From the NCBI GenBank assembly GCA_934120635.1, contig CAKOUR010000001.1, forward strand, positions 60,696 to 124,695: a stretch of 64,000 bases of DNA. Direction: 5' to 3'. Position numbers and translations under genes: made by a program. Shown here piece after piece: positions 59,272 to 64,000 of the stretch (positions within the stretch are counted from its first letter, which is position 1; every line of letters starts with the position of its first letter). The notes beneath the pieces are model-generated. The model did not search any database. It saw only the letters and a program-made list of their open reading frames with translations, and had not been told where the DNA came from. This DNA is from an uncultured Bacilli bacterium (lineage in GTDB: Bacteria > Bacillota_I > Bacilli_A > RF39 > UBA660).

Positions 59272-59982
59272 TTGAAAAAGATAGATAAAAAAATGGTATA
59301 TTTTCTTGTAGGTTGTCTTTTATTAGTAATGTTAGTAGTAGGAGCAACATATGCTTATTTTACAGCAAAAGCTAGTAATGATAATACAGTAAAAGGAGAT
59401 GCTGCAACAGTTAGTTTTGGACTTAGTGTAGATAAGGTGACAACAGTAGATATGGCCTATGGACTTGTTCCTATGAAGAATAACCAAGCTCCTAAAGCAG
59501 CAATTAATAAATGTCATGATGATAATAATAATGCAGGATGCCAATTGTATAAAATAACTATAACAGCAGATAGTGATACAGTTATGTTTTTAGATGGATA
59601 TGTATTTATGACACCAAAGGACGAAAGATTAGAAACAAGAATTGCTAATGTTTATACAGATGATAAAGAAAACTTTTATACTAAATTTACTCCAGAAGAT
59701 TTTACAAAGGAAGATTTTAATGAGAGTAATTATATTAAAACAGGAGTTCGTGTTACGGATAAAGAAACATCTCCCAAAAGAACAGAGGATTATAATTGTT
59801 TAGTAATATCTGATGAAAAAATAGGTGGAGATGTAGGAAGAACCAAAGAATTTTATATTATGGTTTGGGTATATGACAATGGAGAAGCACAAGATTACTT
59901 ACAAGGTATGCAACTTGCTTATAAAGGGGAAGTTACGTTTGTAACAGCAGAAGGAAATGAAATTAGTGCAACATTTGATTAA
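59272..59982 (+). CDS. Secreted protein with SipW-cognate signal peptide, paralog 3 (shorter and more divergent)
   Basis: KKIDKKMVYFLVGCLLLVMLVVGATYAYFTAKASNDNTVKGDAATVSFGLSV, Cys pair CHDDNNNAGCQLYKITI, C-terminus EFYIMVWVYDNGEAQ...YKGEVTFVTAEGNEISATF. TTG start with RBS aagggtga. Confidence 0.5.
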   Translation: MKKIDKKMVYFLVGCLLLVMLVVGATYAYFTAKASNDNTVKGDAATVSFGLSVDKVTTVDMAYGLVPMKNNQAPKAAINKCHDDNNNAGCQLYKITITADSDTVMFLDGYVFMTPKDERLETRIANVYTDDKENFYTKFTPEDFTKEDFNESNYIKTGVRVTDKETSPKRTEDYNCLVISDEKIGGDVGRTKEFYIMVWVYDNGEAQDYLQGMQLAYKGEVTFVTAEGNEISATFD

Positions 59983-60028
59983 AGTAATTAAGAATAGTCA
60001 AATAAAAAAATAAAGGAGAAGATTTTTA

Positions 60029-60955
60029 ATGAAAAAATTCATTGGACATATTATAGAAAATAAAATATTAGAAAGTACTATTTCTAACCTTCATCATTCA
60101 GCAGAAATTAACAATAACTCAATTGATGATGGTACCTTAAAAATGGATATCGCTACGCAAAAACAAATCAAAAAAATAGTAATATTTTTAGCAATTATAT
60201 TTACCATTTTTTATGTTCTATCTTTTTTTATTATGGATGGAATAATCTCTTTTTGTGTAATTAGTTTACTTTATTTATCACTACTATTTCTATCATTATA
60301 CTTGATAAACAAAACATATTCTGAATTAAAAATTATTGAAAACAAAATATATAAATCTAATTTTTTGAAAAAAGAGAAATTTATTTGTAATTTAGATGAT
60401 ATTGCAACTTATTGTGAATTGGGAAATGGCGAAATTGAAATTATGGATAAAAATAATAAGGTTCTCTTTGTAGTACCAATTTACTGGAATAGTGACAAAT
60501 TTTGTGAATTTTTAGAAAAAACATCAGTTAAAGTAACAATTTCAAGAGGAATTGATTCCTTAGCATATATATCATTATTATTTGCATTTTCATGTTCATA
60601 TCTTCCATTTTTGCAAACAAACTCAATAACGGATATATTTTTAAGCATCGTCATTATACTATTTTTTCTATTATGGGGAATAAATGAAAAAATAAAATAT
60701 ATTTATGTAACAACTAGTTTAATTACAGTCAAAACAATTTTTGGTACAAAAACATATAAATATTCAGATTTTAACAAAATAATTTATAGAAGGAACAGCA
60801 AAGATGCAATTTTTATTATATGGAAAATAAAAGCTTATAACAACAAAAAACTAGTTTTTTCATACAGCCATATTAGTAATTTAGCATTTGAAAAAATGCT
60901 AAAATATTTTTCAAAAAATGATATTGAATTAATAGAAAAAAAGAGATTTCTATAA
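60029..60955 (+). CDS. Hypothetical polytopic membrane protein
   Basis: Two pairs of TM helices, each followed by a soluble segment that may be a bacterial PH-like domain. No confident family assignment. Confidence 0.45.
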   Translation: MKKFIGHIIENKILESTISNLHHSAEINNNSIDDGTLKMDIATQKQIKKIVIFLAIIFTIFYVLSFFIMDGIISFCVISLLYLSLLFLSLYLINKTYSELKIIENKIYKSNFLKKEKFICNLDDIATYCELGNGEIEIMDKNNKVLFVVPIYWNSDKFCEFLEKTSVKVTISRGIDSLAYISLLFAFSCSYLPFLQTNSITDIFLSIVIILFFLLWGINEKIKYIYVTTSLITVKTIFGTKTYKYSDFNKIIYRRNSKDAIFIIWKIKAYNNKKLVFSYSHISNLAFEKMLKYFSKNDIELIEKKRFL

Positions 60956-60972
60956 GGTAAATGTTAATATTC

Positions 60973-61908
60973 TTATAACATTTTACCTTGATAAGTATCT
61001 CTTTTTTTCATCTCTTTATCAATATCATTTAATACACAAAATTTCTTGATTAGCCAAGTTGGTTCAATTAAATTTTTAGGATCAGGATCAGAAGTAATTC
61101 GATGAATAACGATCTCAGGTCTTAAATACTCTAATTGACTAATGACAATATCAATATATTCTTCTTTAGATAATACTTTAAATTTCTTCTCCTGATATAA
61201 GTTTTCTAAAGGAGTATCTTTTACAATATTAAGCATATGAATTTTAATACCATTAATGTCAAGATGATTTAAGTATTTTACAGTTTCTATCATCATTTCT
61301 TTAGTTTCATAAGGAAGCCCATTAATAATATGAACAACAACTTCTATATTTCTTTTTCTTAATTTTTTTACCATTTCTTCAAATTGATTTAAACTATGAC
61401 AACGATTAATTAATTTAGCTGTATCTTCATGAATTGTCTGAAGACCAAGCTCAACAGTTACATCAGTATTTTTATTCAATTCTTCCAAATAATCTAAAAC
61501 TTCATCCTCAATAGCATCAGGTCTTGTCGCAATAGCAATTCCAATTACATTATCTTTTTTTAAGACACTTTCATATTTTTCTTTTAAAACAGAAAGTGGA
61601 GCATAAGTATTCGTATGTGCCTGAAAATAAGCAATATATTTCCCACTAGGCCATTTCTTAGAAAGTGTTTCCTTTATTTCATCAAACTGCTCACTTAAAC
61701 TTTTAGTAATATCTCCTCCAAAATCTCCACTCCCTGACTTAGAACAATAAATACATCCTCCATAGCCAACTTTTCCATCAATATTAGGACAAGTAAATCC
61801 AGCATTTAAACTAACCTTAATCACTTTACAATGATATTTTTCTTTATAATGATAATTCAAAGTATGATATCTTTTATTATCTAACGAATATTGAAACATC
61901 TTCATCAC
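60973..61908 (-). CDS. TIGR01212-family radical SAM protein
   Basis: Radical SAM cluster motif GFTCPNIDGKVGYGGCIYCS (CxxxC-x(7-8)-CxxC variant) and elongator-like TIM barrel. 311 aa. Convergent with the upstream gene, with a 17-nt gap. Confidence 0.75.
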   Translation of the reverse strand: MMKMFQYSLDNKRYHTLNYHYKEKYHCKVIKVSLNAGFTCPNIDGKVGYGGCIYCSKSGSGDFGGDITKSLSEQFDEIKETLSKKWPSGKYIAYFQAHTNTYAPLSVLKEKYESVLKKDNVIGIAIATRPDAIEDEVLDYLEELNKNTDVTVELGLQTIHEDTAKLINRCHSLNQFEEMVKKLRKRNIEVVVHIINGLPYETKEMMIETVKYLNHLDINGIKIHMLNIVKDTPLENLYQEKKFKVLSKEEYIDIVISQLEYLRPEIVIHRITSDPDPKNLIEPTWLIKKFCVLNDIDKEMKKRDTYQGKML

Positions 61909-62012
61909 CTGTATTCATTTTAAACATAAATTTTTTATTTGTAAAGACAATAGACTATATGCTATCTTCATTCTTTAACAAAAAAAACTTCTCTTGAAGT
62001 ATTTTAAATAAA

Positions 62013-62039
62013 TTAGCAATACAAATTGACAATTGCTAA
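62013..62039. promoter_or_regulatory. CIRCE-like inverted repeat TTAGCAATA-N9-AATTGCTAA overlapping the -35 of the htpG promoter
   Basis: CIRCE consensus is TTAGCACTC-N9-GAGTGCTAA. The TTAGCA/TGCTAA arms and the 9-nt spacer are conserved here, and the three inner positions differ. The promoter is TTGACA (62026-62031), a 17-nt spacer and TATATT (62049-62054). Confidence 0.4.
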
Positions 62040-62093
62040 AATAGGTGTTATATTATCAATAGTTAAGAATTTAACTAGAAATGAGGAATACTT

Positions 62094-64000
62094 ATGGAAA
62101 AAGATAAAAAAGAAAAAAAACAATTTAAAGCTGAGTCAAAAAAATTATTAGATTTAATGATTCATTCAATTTATACAAATAAAGAAATATTTTTAAGAGA
62201 ATTACTATCTAATGCTAGTGATGCTATGGATAAATTAGCATATCGTTCTCTTACAGATACTTCATTAAATATTAATAGAGATAATCTAGAAATTAGAATT
62301 GATATCGATAAAGAAAAAAGAAAATTAATCATTTCTGATAATGGTTGTGGAATGACCAAAGAAGAATTAGAGAATAATTTAGGAACTATCGCAAAAAGTG
62401 GTTCCCTAGACTTTAAAAAACTTTATGATAAAGAAAAGAAAGATGGTCAAGACATTGACATCATTGGTCAATTTGGTGTTGGTTTTTATTCAGCATTTAT
62501 GGTAAGTGATAAAATTAAAGTAGAAAGTAAATCTGTTGATTCTGAGGATGCCTATATTTGGAAAAGTGAAGGTGCAGATGGCTATGAAATCAAAAAAGGA
62601 AAAAGAAAAGATACTGGTACAACAATCACCTTAAGTATTAAAGAGGATACAGAAGAAGAAAATTACAGTGAATTTTTAGATACTTATCATATTCAATCAA
62701 TTGTAAAAAAATACTCAGATTATATTCGTTACCCAATCAAAATGATGATTGAGCATTCAAAACTAAAAGAAGGCAGTAAAGATGAATATGAAAAAGAAAT
62801 CGTTGAAGAAACAGTAAATAGCATGATTCCTCTATGGAAAAAATCTAAAAAAGATATTACTGAAGAAGAATACCAAAACTTTTATAGTTCTAAATTCTTT
62901 GATTATGATAAACCATTAAAGACTATCCATACTTCTGTTGAAGGACAATGTAGCTATAATGCACTTCTTTACATACCAAGTCATCTTCCATATGATTTTT
63001 ATACTAAAGAATATGAAAAAGGACTACAATTATATTCAAGTGGTGTCTTAATTATGGATAAGTGTGCTGACTTATTACCAGATTACTTTAGTTTTGTAAA
63101 AGGACTTGTTGATACAGAAGATATTTCTTTAAATATTTCAAGAGAAATTTTACAACAAAATCATTCACTTAAATTAATCGCTAAAAGCATTGAAAAGAAA
63201 ATCAAAAAAGAATTAGAAACCATGCTAAAAGAAGATAGAGAAGCATATGAATCATTCTTTAAAACATTTGGTATGCAAATTAAATTTGGTGTTTATGCTG
63301 ACTACGGTGTTCATAAAGATGATTTAAAAGATTTACTAATGTTCTATTCTTCAACAGAAAAGAAATTAGTTACATTAGATGAATATGTTTCAAGAATGAA
63401 AGAAGGACAAGAAAATATTTATTATGCTTGTGGAGAAAGTACAGATAAAGTAGATAATATGCCTCAAGTAGAAGGAATTAAAGAAAAAGGCTATGAAATT
63501 TTATATCTAACTGAATATGTAGATGAATTTGCTCTACAAACATTAACTACTTATAATGCCAAAAAATTTATGAACGTTTCTAACGATACCGTAGATTTAG
63601 ATAATGATGAAGAAAAGAAAGAACTAGAAAAGGCAAATACTGATGCTAAAGATATGTTTGAAGTAATGAAAAAAGTACTAGAAAACAATAATATTTCGGA
63701 TATCAAATTTACTCATCGTTTAAAGAAACATCCTGTTTGCTTAACAACAGAAGGAGAATTATCTGCTAGTATGGAAAAAGTATTAAATGCTCTACCAAAC
63801 GACAATAAAGTAAACGCTAAAATGATATTAGAAATTAATGAAAAACATCCTATTAGTGAAAAAATTAAAACATTATATAAAGATAATAAGGATGAATTAG
63901 AAAAATATACAAAGATATTATATGCACAAGCAAGACTAATTGAAGGATTACCAATTGATAATCCAACAGAAATTAGTACTCTTATTTGTGACGTAATTTC
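62094..64000 (+). CDS. htpG: Molecular chaperone HtpG (Hsp90), 5' portion that runs off the window end
   Basis: FKAESKKLLDLMIHSIYTNKEIFLRELLSNASDAMDKL (GHKL ATPase N-domain) and GQFGVGFYSAFMV. RBS gaggaa lies before the ATG at 62094. No stop codon before the window end. Confidence 0.85.
   Translation, partial: MEKDKKEKKQFKAESKKLLDLMIHSIYTNKEIFLRELLSNASDAMDKLAYRSLTDTSLNINRDNLEIRIDIDKEKRKLIISDNGCGMTKEELENNLGTIAKSGSLDFKKLYDKEKKDGQDIDIIGQFGVGFYSAFMVSDKIKVESKSVDSEDAYIWKSEGADGYEIKKGKRKDTGTTITLSIKEDTEEENYSEFLDTYHIQSIVKKYSDYIRYPIKMMIEHSKLKEGSKDEYEKEIVEETVNSMIPLWKKSKKDITEEEYQNFYSSKFFDYDKPLKTIHTSVEGQCSYNALLYIPSHLPYDFYTKEYEKGLQLYSSGVLIMDKCADLLPDYFSFVKGLVDTEDISLNISREILQQNHSLKLIAKSIEKKIKKELETMLKEDREAYESFFKTFGMQIKFGVYADYGVHKDDLKDLLMFYSSTEKKLVTLDEYVSRMKEGQENIYYACGESTDKVDNMPQVEGIKEKGYEILYLTEYVDEFALQTLTTYNAKKFMNVSNDTVDLDNDEEKKELEKANTDAKDMFEVMKKVLENNNISDIKFTHRLKKHPVCLTTEGELSASMEKVLNALPNDNKVNAKMILEINEKHPISEKIKTLYKDNKDELEKYTKILYAQARLIEGLPIDNPTEISTLICDVI

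Overview
This is an AT-rich (roughly 30% GC), densely coding chromosomal segment of a cell-walled Firmicutes/Bacillota-type bacterium. Almost all genes are on the + strand. The conserved backbone reads U32 peptidase, hemolysin-III, ppaC (CBS-type), tsaE-tsaB-rimI-tsaD, tRNA-Asn, yqeK, rpsL-rpsG-fusA-tuf, obg, polC, fmt, asnB, pilC-pilD, murG-murB-divIB, rplI-dnaB(dnaC), M23/LysM peptidase, rlmH, recA, ftsY-ylxM, a Val-Thr-Tyr-Gln-Lys tRNA cluster, rnj, a TIGR01212 radical-SAM gene and htpG (5' part). Accessory or unusual content falls into eight groups. (1) Three paralogous secreted Thr-rich proteins carry SipW-cognate (TasA/camelysin-type) signal peptides. They sit at two loci and have near-identical promoters, but no sipW is in the window. 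(2) A short palindromic repeat family (AAAATACTGATCA / TGATCAGTATTTT) recurs as terminator-like inverted pairs, and it supplies the last codons of tsaD and yqeK. (3) A peptidoglycan hydrolase that ends in a dockerin lies next to a membrane-anchored cadherin-like protein whose N-terminal module may be a cohesin. (4) A pilC-pilD pair sits directly upstream of murG with no ATPase or pilin genes nearby. (5) ffh is missing after ftsY-ylxM and is replaced by a stand-alone ClpA/B D1-like AAA+ protein. (6) The tRNA cluster is followed by a GH25-LysM endolysin-like gene and small hypotheticals, a possible phage remnant. (7) A perfect 18-bp palindrome overlaps both -35 boxes in the divergent rnj promoter region. 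(8) A CIRCE-like inverted repeat lies on the htpG promoter and a Cheo-like box lies upstream of recA. No CRISPR array, rRNA or transposase was seen. Helices, promoters and boxes were read by eye. Exact ends of regulatory elements are approximate to a few nucleotides.
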